Origin: Candidatus Aegiribacteria sp. | GTDB taxonomy: Bacteria; Fermentibacterota; Fermentibacteria; Fermentibacterales; JCC-6 | Direction of reading: 5' to 3' | Assembly (NCBI GenBank): GCA_046498225.1 | Contig: JAWOBF010000147.1 | Coordinates: 1-36,659, forward strand | Length of the DNA stretch: 36,659 nucleotides | Shown here: one piece after another, positions 1-8,649 of the stretch | Layout of the letters: each line of letters opens with the position of its first letter | Numbering within the stretch: the stretch's first letter is position 1 | Notes under the pieces: generated by a model | The model's database searches: none | The model's input: only the letters and a program-made list of their open reading frames with translations | What the model was told of the DNA's origin: nothing | Program-made: the position numbers and the translations under genes

Positions 1-1419
1 GATACGGTGCTCTGGACCGCGCCGGTAACGGGGGATACGCACGAATTCTGCAGCCCCGTGGTGGTGAACGGGACCGTTTACTTCGTTTCCGACCAGCAGT
101 CCACGGCTTACGCCCTCGATGCGGCCACCGGGGAGATCCTCTGGGAATACGACGTTGTGGACCATGTCGATGACGCGGTCACCTGGTACCAGGGGAAGGT
201 GTACGTGGCCGCCGATTCCGCCTGGTGCCTCGATGGCCTGACGGGGGAAAGGATCTGGGCCTTCAAGCCGGCCCCATCGATAAAGATGAACGGAAATCCG
301 GCCCTTCATGACGGGATCGCATACTTCAGTTTCGCGCCGGACTGGAACTCAATGGAGGTATACGCGCTGGACGCGGACACCGGTGAGGAGATCTGGTGCA
401 CACCCCTGCCAAGCCACGCATCGGGCAGCATGACCTTCAATGAAGGCAGCATCTACATGCCGACCTACTACGGGATGCTGTATTCGATAGATGCTGCCGA
501 CGGTTCGATCCAATGGAGCAACTCTTCTTCCGGGTCGGGCTACTGGGACTCTTCGCCGGTCATCGTGGAAGGCGTGCTCTACATCTGCGGCTGCGACGGT
601 TTCGTCAGGGGTATCGACTGCTCATCCGGTGACACCGTCTGGGAAAACTACATTTCGGACTGGTACATCGCGGCGACTCCGGCGTACGCCTACGGCCGGC
701 TGTTCTTCGCCGACCAGGTGAACTCCTTTCACTGCCTCGAGGGTGCTGACGGAAGCCCGGTCTGGTCCGTTCCCGGAGTGCAGCACGGTTCTTCGGGAGT
801 CGCGGACAGTGTGGTGTTCTTCGGCGAGGGAGCGGACAGGGAATACGGGAAGATACGGGCCCTGTCCGTCGGGACCGGAGCCGAGATATGGTCATGTCAG
901 ACAGGCGGGAACGAGGTTTTCTCGAGCCCCGCGATAACTGACGGGGTGGTTTACATAGCGGGCATGGACTGGAACCTGTACGCTTTCGGGACCGGCCTGA
1001 AGTACACTTACCTCGATGATCTGTATGCGGTGGTCGGGCAGAATGAGCTGGTCGTCACTTCGTTCTCAGGCGGCGCGGCCGCGGCGGCCGATACGGTCTC
1101 CTTTACCGTCACCGGAACCGGCATCAGCCCGGAGCATCCCTTTCAGCCACGCATTTCGGTCAGCCCGAATCCATTCTTTTCCACGGCATATGTGTCATTT
1201 GAGCTTGCCGAACCCTCAATGACCACCGTGAGGATATACGATGTGACGGGAAGGGCAGTCGCCGTCCTTGTGGATTCCCATCTTCCCGCAGGTGAGCACA
1301 CCCTGCGGTGGAACGGTACATGCGGCGGCGGGGAGAATGCCGGTCCCGGACTGTACTTCTGCAGAATTCAGGCTGGGTCCCTGGATGGGACCGCCGGGTT
1401 GTGCCTGCTGAGAAAGTGA
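1..1419 (+). CDS. PQQ-like (BamB-type) beta-propeller repeat protein with C-terminal FlgD-Ig/T9SS-type sorting domain; 5'-truncated by the window edge
   Basis: Repeated 'YALDAxTGExxW'/'SSPxxxxGxVY' blades. C-terminus ISVSPNPF...VRIYDVTGRAV...GEHTLRWNG...PGLYFCRI. The frame is open back to base 1. Confidence 0.9.
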   Translation, partial: DTVLWTAPVTGDTHEFCSPVVVNGTVYFVSDQQSTAYALDAATGEILWEYDVVDHVDDAVTWYQGKVYVAADSAWCLDGLTGERIWAFKPAPSIKMNGNPALHDGIAYFSFAPDWNSMEVYALDADTGEEIWCTPLPSHASGSMTFNEGSIYMPTYYGMLYSIDAADGSIQWSNSSSGSGYWDSSPVIVEGVLYICGCDGFVRGIDCSSGDTVWENYISDWYIAATPAYAYGRLFFADQVNSFHCLEGADGSPVWSVPGVQHGSSGVADSVVFFGEGADREYGKIRALSVGTGAEIWSCQTGGNEVFSSPAITDGVVYIAGMDWNLYAFGTGLKYTYLDDLYAVVGQNELVVTSFSGGAAAAADTVSFTVTGTGISPEHPFQPRISVSPNPFFSTAYVSFELAEPSMTTVRIYDVTGRAVAVLVDSHLPAGEHTLRWNGTCGGGENAGPGLYFCRIQAGSLDGTAGLCLLRK

Positions 1420-1480
1420 ACACGGGAAAGGTCGGGGGGCAGGTGCAGGTCAACCGGAACAGAAGTGTATCGCAGCGGAT

Positions 1481-2065
1481 TCAGAAATAACAATCGATGC
1501 TGACGCCGATGCGCGGGCCGGTGAAGGTGTAGTCGCCCCGGACCTTCTCTCCCCCGACTGTTCTCTCCACATCCATGATCCTGTGGTCTATCCCGAGGTC
1601 CAGCCAGAAGGCTGCGTCGTCGAACCTGTAGCCGAAACTGGAGAGGGCTTCGAGCCTGAGACCGCCGGCGCGGTCGAATGAGTGCTGCGGAGGCGGGTCG
1701 GCGGTATCTCCGTCCGCCAGGATCACGATAGTATGCTCGGGCCACATGTAGCACCAGGAAACGCCCAGGGAAGTCTCCACCGCCGGTCCGGCCTCCGGGT
1801 TCAGGGGAAGGTATGATATCTCCCCGCCCAGGCTGATCTGATTGCCTATGATAACCGGAAGCGGAGCCGGTATGGATACCTTCGCCCTGAGAAAGACATC
1901 ATCGAAGAGCCTCGGACCGAAGGCGGAGAGGAAACTCCAGGAGAGGTGACCCCCGTGCTCCCAGCTCAGGTAGGTCATATCCAGCCCGGCGGACGTCCCT
2001 CCCCAGTATCCGGCGGAGAGTGAACCCGCCGCCGAAAGCAGGATTATCGCGGCGATTGCTTTCAA
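1481..2065 (-). CDS. Secreted protein, probable small outer-membrane beta-barrel
   Basis: TTG start after GGGGAG, signal peptide MKAIAAIILLSAAGSLSA, amphipathic alternating strands and terminal RIGVSIDCYF ending in Phe. Confidence 0.6.
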   Translation of the reverse strand: MKAIAAIILLSAAGSLSAGYWGGTSAGLDMTYLSWEHGGHLSWSFLSAFGPRLFDDVFLRAKVSIPAPLPVIIGNQISLGGEISYLPLNPEAGPAVETSLGVSWCYMWPEHTIVILADGDTADPPPQHSFDRAGGLRLEALSSFGYRFDDAAFWLDLGIDHRIMDVERTVGGEKVRGDYTFTGPRIGVSIDCYF

Positions 2066-2127
2066 TTGCTCCCCTGTCTACCGGTCTTTTCCATGTGTAG
2101 ACCAAAGGCTGGGGAATAATTCCATTC

Positions 2128-2943
2128 CTACTTCCCGTCGGCCTCGCCTTTATCAAGTGAGCCCTCCCGGGAGGCTTCATCACGGGAAGTGTTCTCCTCC
2201 CCGATATACTCCCGCTTCAGTCTCTTCGAGTAGACGTCGGTGGAACCCGGCTGCCGCCGTTCCGCTTTGCTTTGCGCGGCCAGCCGCAGGGCGAAAACCG
2301 CCGAATTAAGGAGGACACGCAGAAAAATCAGAGGGGTGGCGGAAGAGAATGACCGCCAGCCGGGTGAAAATGAGTAGCCCGCCCTTCGCATTCTGCTTCC
2401 CATGGTCATTCTGACCAGAGGCTGCAGGTCCGGTGTATAGTAACTCATGAACGGCAGGTCCTTGCCGGTTGTCCTGTTGAAACGCGGAATGGGTCTTACC
2501 TGGTCTATTCCCAGCATTCCCAGAACTTCCGTGAAGTCCTCCTGAAGGTTCTCGAACCTGTAGAGGTAATCCGCTCCCTCGTGATAGGGGTTCTTCGCTC
2601 TGTGGAAATGGCTGTGGAACTCGCGGTAATAATCCTGGAACGACGCGCTGTTAGCCCTAATGAACTCGGATATCCTCCTGTTCATCTCGTTGTCCTCCAT
2701 CCGCTTGCCTTCCTTCCTCCGAAAGTACTCCGTGACCAGGCAGTCCAGTGGATTTCTTCTGCCGGCGAACACGAAATACTCCTTCTCCTCGGGAGACGCG
2801 GTTTTCAGGAACTGCCGGTAGAGGGCGTGCTTGTGAAGGATGGGCTCTCCCGCGTAGTTCCTGCAGAGCTCCTCCCCGATGGAAGAGGAGGCGGTCTGGG
2901 GAACCTGCACAAAAACGTATCTGTACCTGTGGCTTATTATCAT
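2128..2943 (-). CDS. Sulfotransferase family 2-like protein
   Basis: N-terminal MIISHRYRYVFVQVPQTASSSI (5'-PSB-like), FAGRRNPLDCLVTEY (3'-PB-like) and YRFENLQEDF. Confidence 0.75.
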   Translation of the reverse strand: MIISHRYRYVFVQVPQTASSSIGEELCRNYAGEPILHKHALYRQFLKTASPEEKEYFVFAGRRNPLDCLVTEYFRRKEGKRMEDNEMNRRISEFIRANSASFQDYYREFHSHFHRAKNPYHEGADYLYRFENLQEDFTEVLGMLGIDQVRPIPRFNRTTGKDLPFMSYYTPDLQPLVRMTMGSRMRRAGYSFSPGWRSFSSATPLIFLRVLLNSAVFALRLAAQSKAERRQPGSTDVYSKRLKREYIGEENTSRDEASREGSLDKGEADGK

Positions 2944-3057
2944 CCAGCCCCGCTCCAGTCCGTGCTGAAACTTCTGCTACACTGCCCGCGGAGGCCCGGC
3001 ACAGCCATGGCCGGACAGACAATGCCGTTCCACTGCCGCGATACACCGGGAGCTGGC

Positions 3058-3086
3058 ATTCTAACCGGGGCCGGCTTATGTGTCAA
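3058..3086 (-). promoter_or_regulatory. Sigma70-type promoter for the sulfotransferase-like gene
   Basis: Minus strand TTGACA (3086-3081), N17, TAGAAT (3063-3058). Confidence 0.75.
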
Positions 3087-3104
3087 CGAAAAATCCGAAG
3101 AACA

Positions 3105-4460
3105 TTACAGCCCTGACTTCGAACGTTTCCGGGCGGTGTAAGCCCGGGTCAGAGACCTTTCCAGCAGCCACAGAAGACCCAGGACCAGGGGAATGCCTAT
3201 TACGAACCACTGGTTTATAAGGATGAGCCCGGCCAGCATTCCGAGTATGCCGCCGAACAGCTCTATGCCGCAGAGATTGTCTCCGCTGACCCTGGTTACC
3301 AGCTCCTCCAGCTGGCGCAGGTCGAACTCGTTCACCTTCCTTCGGACGATGTCCCTTATCTCTATCCTGCTGATATGTTCGAGCAGGAACCTGTTCACCG
3401 TTTCCCTGAACTCTTCGGAACCGACCTTCCTCTCCGCATACTGTTTGAGAGTCAGTATAACCGAGTCAAGCTGCTTCTCCAGCCAGTCCCAGAACGTCCC
3501 GGAGCTGACGAAAGCCAGTATCCTTTCCTGCAGCGCCGCAATGCCGTCGGTCCTGACCCACCTGTAGAGCCGGTCCTTCTGCTCCTCCAGGAAGCCCGCG
3601 AAACGCTCCCGGACCGCCGGGTCATCGGCCATTCCGGAGATGGAGGACAGGTTCTGTTCCAGCAGGTTCATGACATTCCTGACGAAGGAGGGCTTCCGCA
3701 CCCTTTTCAGGAGTTCTCTCCTGATCATATCGCTGTCCACTCCGAGAATACCCTTCCCCAGCTTCATGGTATTCTTCGCTATGAATCCGCGGGACTCGAT
3801 CCAGTCCTCCAGCATCAGGTTCACAGCGTCGGCTATGCCGGAGGCGTTCTCCTCCACCAGCCTGGTTACAACCATGGTCAGGAGTTCCAGCGTCTCCGGC
3901 TTTTCAAGCTCCCGCTCCACGGACGCTCTCGCGTAGGACCAGACGGTATCAGCCGACAGGTTCTCGTTGGCGTAGTTCCTGACCAGTTCAGCCCCCCTGG
4001 TAAGCAGCTGCTCCGCGTGCTCAGCTCCACTTTTCCGTGCGTAATCCGCTACGGCGCTTACCACCCGTTTTCTGTTCTCGGGGTCATCCACCCAGCGGTG
4101 AACGTAGCCGAGAGCGCTGGAGGCGGTCTTCTCAACCAGACCGTTCTCTTCCACGTACTGCAGTATGGAGTCCGTATCAAGAAGTTCTTCCGCCACGGCG
4201 CCGGCTATGGCCTCGGCGATATCCTCCCTCCTGGCTGGTATCAGCCCCTGTCTTCCGAAGACCGTCCTGCGGTAGGGCCTGAAGAGCATCCTGATGGCGA
4301 AGTAGTTGGTCCAGATGCCCACCGTCCCCGAGAGGGCTATCTTGAATATCCAGTCCAGCCACATGTAATCCACACCGAACTTCGGGAGGACACCCGAGAT
4401 GAGCGTCAGCGAGGGCAGAGCGATGATAGCTATTTTTCTGCCGGTCTTTATCATTGCCAT
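3105..4460 (-). CDS. DUF445 family membrane protein
   Basis: GxxGIWTNYFAIRMLFRP...QGLIPARREDIA N-terminal motif, long helical middle and C-terminal 'L..IELFGGILG' TM segment. Confidence 0.9.
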   Translation of the reverse strand: MAMIKTGRKIAIIALPSLTLISGVLPKFGVDYMWLDWIFKIALSGTVGIWTNYFAIRMLFRPYRRTVFGRQGLIPARREDIAEAIAGAVAEELLDTDSILQYVEENGLVEKTASSALGYVHRWVDDPENRKRVVSAVADYARKSGAEHAEQLLTRGAELVRNYANENLSADTVWSYARASVERELEKPETLELLTMVVTRLVEENASGIADAVNLMLEDWIESRGFIAKNTMKLGKGILGVDSDMIRRELLKRVRKPSFVRNVMNLLEQNLSSISGMADDPAVRERFAGFLEEQKDRLYRWVRTDGIAALQERILAFVSSGTFWDWLEKQLDSVILTLKQYAERKVGSEEFRETVNRFLLEHISRIEIRDIVRRKVNEFDLRQLEELVTRVSGDNLCGIELFGGILGMLAGLILINQWFVIGIPLVLGLLWLLERSLTRAYTARKRSKSGL

Positions 4461-4575
4461 CTCTTCCTCAATTGATGGACACGAGCTGAAAAGGTCCCCT
4501 GATCACCTTATACGGTATGTCCCGCTTCCAGCAAGATACAAGGGAGGGGGCACGACCGCCAGCAGGAGAAGGCCG

Positions 4576-5358
4576 TCAGCGTCCGTTTACGTTGATGAAT
4601 ATGCGGTGGACCCTTTCCAGGATCCCGCCGGTCCCCTCCCCTATGCCCAATCTTCTGTACCGCCTCATTATTGCCGGTTTCCACGACCTCCGGTCCGGAG
4701 GACAGAAGTGGGCGTCGGGCCGGGAGTCCCCGCAGAAGAAGATCTGCAGAAGCCTTGCGTTCACTCCGGACCTGGTGAGACAATCCAGGATAGCCAGGCT
4801 GACGGCGAACCTGTAGTACTCGGATATCCATGGATCTATCCTGCCCTCTCCAAGGTCTCCTGCGGTTCTGGAGATGGTATCGCTCAGCCTCTGAATGCTT
4901 CCGGGCCCCTGCATCGGGCAGCTGCTTCGAAGGTCGTCCACGCTGGCGCTGGCTTCCACCAGTATCCACTCCCGCGTCCTGTCGCGGGCGACAGCCCTTC
5001 CTACTGCGTCCCAATGACATGCCGCAGCGTGTGAGGGCCATGATTCTTCCCAGGCGGTGAGCGCTTTCTGTTCATGGCTGTTTGCGCCATTCAGGAAATC
5101 CACTCCCGATATCCTGCCGTCCCCCCCGGAGCGTCCCTGAAAGGAATAGTCCAGCCACCTGACGGCGTCGATACCGGCAGCGGAGCATACCCTGCCTGTA
5201 AAATACTCCCTGTGATAACCGAGGAACCTCAGCAGATGCCAGGCGCTTCCATAGAAATTCCAGTTGTACCCGTACGACATTCCTTTGTTCAAGCCGGCAA
5301 CCTCCGATTTCCGCGTCTTCCCACGGAGAATGCAGTTGCATGCTCTTTGCCAGAACAT
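4576..5358 (-). CDS. Hypothetical protein, PD-(D/E)xK nuclease-fold-like with degenerate catalytic motif (start uncertain, alternative ATG at 5280)
   Basis: YGSAWHLLRFLGYHR...WP...WDAVG...WILVEASAS...YYRFAVSLA...ARLLQIFFCGD layout. It is the best coding candidate between DUF445 and the aldolase, on the same strand. Confidence 0.6.
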   Translation of the reverse strand: MFWQRACNCILRGKTRKSEVAGLNKGMSYGYNWNFYGSAWHLLRFLGYHREYFTGRVCSAAGIDAVRWLDYSFQGRSGGDGRISGVDFLNGANSHEQKALTAWEESWPSHAAACHWDAVGRAVARDRTREWILVEASASVDDLRSSCPMQGPGSIQRLSDTISRTAGDLGEGRIDPWISEYYRFAVSLAILDCLTRSGVNARLLQIFFCGDSRPDAHFCPPDRRSWKPAIMRRYRRLGIGEGTGGILERVHRIFINVNGR

Positions 5359-5546
5359 GATGTCCTATTGATACACACTTATATAGTGGTAAAATTGTGT
5401 TAGCCAGTAATGATGAACGTCAAATTTTTATCAATACCTCAGAATTTTAGGCATACGGCAGGTCAGGCAATGAATTTACCGGAGGACTTTCAAAGACCGA
5501 TGGCGGATATGGAGCATTTATTCCGGTTTTCAATCTTTCTTGAAGG

Positions 5547-6713
5547 TTACCGGAAGTTGAGTCCGGCCCCGCTTAAGTACTGCTCGCGGCACATTTTCTC
5601 GATGGCCATGAGGTTTCGAAAGGCTTCCCGGAAATCGTTCCTCGACACGGTGAACAGCCCGTGGCCGTAGACTATGGCCCCTCTTCTTCCGCTGACCGCG
5701 GGGGGAAGGGTGTTGCACAGTCCGTAGCGGCCCGTCCCCACTTCACCGGGGACTATTGGAATATCTCCCACGAACCGCTCCTCGGGGCAGCTTGTGTGGC
5801 AGGACCCCCTCACGGGACAGTCTTCCTTTTCGCAGTCCATGGACATTATCACGGAGAACTTCGGGTGGCCGTGGAGGATGGCGTCCATCCCCGTCAGCTC
5901 CAGTATGCTCCTGTGGGCGGTGAACTCGCTGGATGCGGTTATGCTGGTGCATGCCGAGTCGTCCAGGGGGCACGGGTCTATGCAGCCCTCCAGCTCGTCC
6001 AGGGATGATGTGGTCTGGCTTATGAACAGTGTGTCGCCCCATCTCAGGGAGACGTTGCCGAAGAAGGAATCCACCAGCCCGTGTTCCACCGTCAGCCTGC
6101 CGGCCTGGGCTACCGCCGAAAAGACCTCCTCCCTGCTTCTGAACGGGCCCCTCATCAGTTCCGGAGGCTGGTCGGGGTACCGGTCCAGGTGCTGCAGGAC
6201 TTCTCTTGCGACCCGGTCCCCCTCGGCCGTGACCTCCCCCCTCCGGACGGCCCGAAGGTGGTCTGTGAAGAACTTCACGAAACAGGCGAAACAGACGGAG
6301 CTGAAGAATATGAAGGCCTGTTCCGGGCTCACCGTGCCCCAGGTCACTACGCCCTTCCCCCTTATCAGGACGCTCTTCCGATTCCTCAGCTTCTCGATGA
6401 TCATTGAAGGGCTGAACTCATCGATGACCGGCAGGTCGTGCATGAAGGTGCGGGTCTCCGAGTCCTCCGGGCGGATGCGGTCCACGCTCTTCGAAGCCAG
6501 GAAATCGATGATGGTGCGGTAAGGCTCCGCCGGGACCGAGTAGAGAAGGGAGTTAATGCTGAGCCCCCGGAACACTTCCTTCAGTGTCCGGATGGCGGGG
6601 TCCTCCCTGTTCCATTCGAGTTCAGCATCCAGACCCCCCAGGAGCGGTGCGCCGGGGTCCGCCAGGCCGGCCGCCACCAGCTTGTCCGCGTACTTGTCCA
6701 GAAGCCCCCTCAC
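5547..6713 (-). CDS. Class II aldolase/adducin family protein with duplicated aldolase domain
   Basis: GLVDSFFGNVS, ASSEFTAH, ILHGHP and YGHGLF motifs. GTG start overlaps the AOR stop (GTGA at 6713-6710). Confidence 0.9.
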   Translation of the reverse strand: MRGLLDKYADKLVAAGLADPGAPLLGGLDAELEWNREDPAIRTLKEVFRGLSINSLLYSVPAEPYRTIIDFLASKSVDRIRPEDSETRTFMHDLPVIDEFSPSMIIEKLRNRKSVLIRGKGVVTWGTVSPEQAFIFFSSVCFACFVKFFTDHLRAVRRGEVTAEGDRVAREVLQHLDRYPDQPPELMRGPFRSREEVFSAVAQAGRLTVEHGLVDSFFGNVSLRWGDTLFISQTTSSLDELEGCIDPCPLDDSACTSITASSEFTAHRSILELTGMDAILHGHPKFSVIMSMDCEKEDCPVRGSCHTSCPEERFVGDIPIVPGEVGTGRYGLCNTLPPAVSGRRGAIVYGHGLFTVSRNDFREAFRNLMAIEKMCREQYLSGAGLNFR

Positions 6714-8461
6714 GGAAGGCCCTCCAGTCCCAGTTCAACCACCTTGCTCTTCTCCGGCAGGCCGGCGGTATCAAGCCCCCTTACGCGGTAATATCTGGAC
6801 CTGGAGGCCAGGAACTCCTCCTCTGAGAGGGGGGGGACCAGAATGCCGTCCCCGGAGCTTCCGGGCTCCCGGAAGAACCTTGGCGGAAGGTTGTCGTCCT
6901 TTTCCGTGAAACCGCACAGGGAGTTCATCATCCAGTCCCTGAAGTATATCCTCTCACCGGCGGCAAGAAGGTCCTGTGCGGAGGTCTCGATACCGGTGAC
7001 AGCGGAATACGCTTCCGAATACTCCTCCAGGGAGCATCCGAAGAAGAGGAACTTGCAGGCGGTGAGCGAGTCCACTACGGCGTTCATGTCCTCGGCGATC
7101 TTCACTATTCTGGCCTTTCCTGCGAATGAGAACCTGTCCGTCGCCACCGGCCTGCGCAGTATCTCGTGGCTTATCGGGTAGGCGCGAAGATGGCATCCAC
7201 CCCTGGTGGAGGTGACGTAGCCCAGGGCCATTCCCAGGGCTCCCCTGGGATCGTAGCCGGGCAGTTCCATCCCCTTCACCGACATGGAAAGCTCCGGGCA
7301 GCCCCTGGACCGGGCGAAACGGAGGGACCCCCGCCCCAGCTCGGCCCCCTCCCCGCTTCCCCGGGCCATGGAGGTCAGCAGTTCCAGAATCCTGCCGGAA
7401 GAAAGCTTCTCCCCTGTTATTTCCGAATAGCAGGCAAGGGTACCGCCGGCGGAGATGGTGTCCATTCCGGTCCGGTTGCATATCCTGTTGGCTTCGGCCA
7501 CCGCCCGAAGGTCGTCATTCTCGATAAGGGCGCTGAAGTGGGACATGGTCTCGAACTCCGGAAGATGGGTACCGTCGTCCCCCACCCTCTTGCAGAGGAC
7601 ATGACACCCCTTGCAGCCGTGCCTTCCCGTTCCGTATTCATCGGAAAAGGCATGGGAGTTCATGAGCCCGGCCTTCGGGAAGAATGTGCTTCGAAAATTC
7701 GCCGTGGGCATCATCCGCCGCGAGCTAGTAAGGTCGTAGCAGGCCGCGGTTCCGCAGTTCCGAAGGCCATGCTCGCCCATGAGGGCGGGAGTGGCGGCCA
7801 CAAGCCTCCTTATGTCCCGAACCGCGCCGCGAAGCCTCTTCCCGTCGTGGACGGGGACACTTCCGGTGCCCCTCACGGTGAGGTACTTGACGTTCCTGGA
7901 CGCGCATACCAGTCCGAGACCGCCCCTGCCAGCGGCGAAGGAGCCGTCCACCATGATGCTGGAGAAGAGGACCCCGCTGTCGGCGGCGGGACCGGTGCAG
8001 GCCACGGCGCCCTTGCTCTTCAGCCGGGAATGCAGCTCGTCCACGGTGGCCCCGGCCAGGGCTGAGGCATCCACGATGGAAACCTCACCGTCGGTTATCT
8101 CGATACCGCACAGATCCCTGCGGCGGCCTGTCAGGACTATTCCGTCGATGCCCGCCTTCCTGATCTGCCACCCCAGGCTGCCTCCCACGGAGCAGTCACC
8201 CACGGTACCGGTAAGGGGGGACCTGGACGCCACGCAGGTCCGGCCTGATGCCGGCGCCGCGGTCCCTGTAAGGGGGCCGGTCATGAAGACCAGGGGCATT
8301 CCGGGGTCGTTCCATGGACGGCTGATCCAGGGATGGAGGTAATGGCCGGCAAGACCCTTTCCCCCTATCCATCGGAGGCACAGGTCCGGGTCGACCGTCT
8401 CCAACCGGTGCTCCCCCGAGGACAGGTCGATGCGAAGTATCCTGCCCCACCAGCCTGTCAT
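6710..8461 (-). CDS. aor: Aldehyde:ferredoxin oxidoreductase (tungstopterin AOR family)
   Basis: GRILRIDLS, SPLTG, AAGRGGLG, 4Fe-4S motif CKGCHVLC, PEFET, GMDTISAG, VKGMELPGYDPR and STRGGCH. Confidence 0.93.
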   Translation of the reverse strand: MTGWWGRILRIDLSSGEHRLETVDPDLCLRWIGGKGLAGHYLHPWISRPWNDPGMPLVFMTGPLTGTAAPASGRTCVASRSPLTGTVGDCSVGGSLGWQIRKAGIDGIVLTGRRRDLCGIEITDGEVSIVDASALAGATVDELHSRLKSKGAVACTGPAADSGVLFSSIMVDGSFAAGRGGLGLVCASRNVKYLTVRGTGSVPVHDGKRLRGAVRDIRRLVAATPALMGEHGLRNCGTAACYDLTSSRRMMPTANFRSTFFPKAGLMNSHAFSDEYGTGRHGCKGCHVLCKRVGDDGTHLPEFETMSHFSALIENDDLRAVAEANRICNRTGMDTISAGGTLACYSEITGEKLSSGRILELLTSMARGSGEGAELGRGSLRFARSRGCPELSMSVKGMELPGYDPRGALGMALGYVTSTRGGCHLRAYPISHEILRRPVATDRFSFAGKARIVKIAEDMNAVVDSLTACKFLFFGCSLEEYSEAYSAVTGIETSAQDLLAAGERIYFRDWMMNSLCGFTEKDDNLPPRFFREPGSSGDGILVPPLSEEEFLASRSRYYRVRGLDTAGLPEKSKVVELGLEGLP

Positions 8462-8535
8462 GAAAATTCCTCGCCTTTCGCTGGAAAGTTCAGCATGTCC
8501 GCCCTCGGCGGCGGGCGGGTCTCCGTGCTTCGGTT

Positions 8536-8607
8536 AAACTATTCAATGAAAGAAAACGGGGCAAATCGCCGCCGAAGTTGACGGGCCGGTACCGGCTGCG
8601 GTAGTTT
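8536..8607. promoter_or_regulatory. Divergent sigma70-like promoters for aor (minus) and the secreted-protein cluster (plus)
   Basis: Minus: TTGCCC (8564-8559), N17, TAGTTT (8541-8536). Plus: TTGACG (8578-8583), N18, TAGTTT (8602-8607). Confidence 0.5.
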
Positions 8608-8649
8608 TTCGTTCGTACACCGCGTTCTCTTTTTCGCAGGGGGTTTCCG

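Noticed and set aside
3375..4475. 366-aa ORF antisense to DUF445 (likewise 7166-8065, 8539-9429, 9849-10889, 13600-14535, 17040-18221, 18338-19282, 27571-28440)
   Set aside because: These are shadow ORFs opposite recognisable genes and have no family motifs.
5366..5436. 8-bp inverted repeat TATTGATA / TATCAATA
   Set aside because: It is short, 55 bp apart and in AT-rich DNA, so it is compatible with chance.
8462..8649. Possible Moco/Wco riboswitch upstream of aor
   Set aside because: The predicted leader is only ~70 nt with small hairpins, and I see no Moco-motif consensus. An Rfam scan would settle it.
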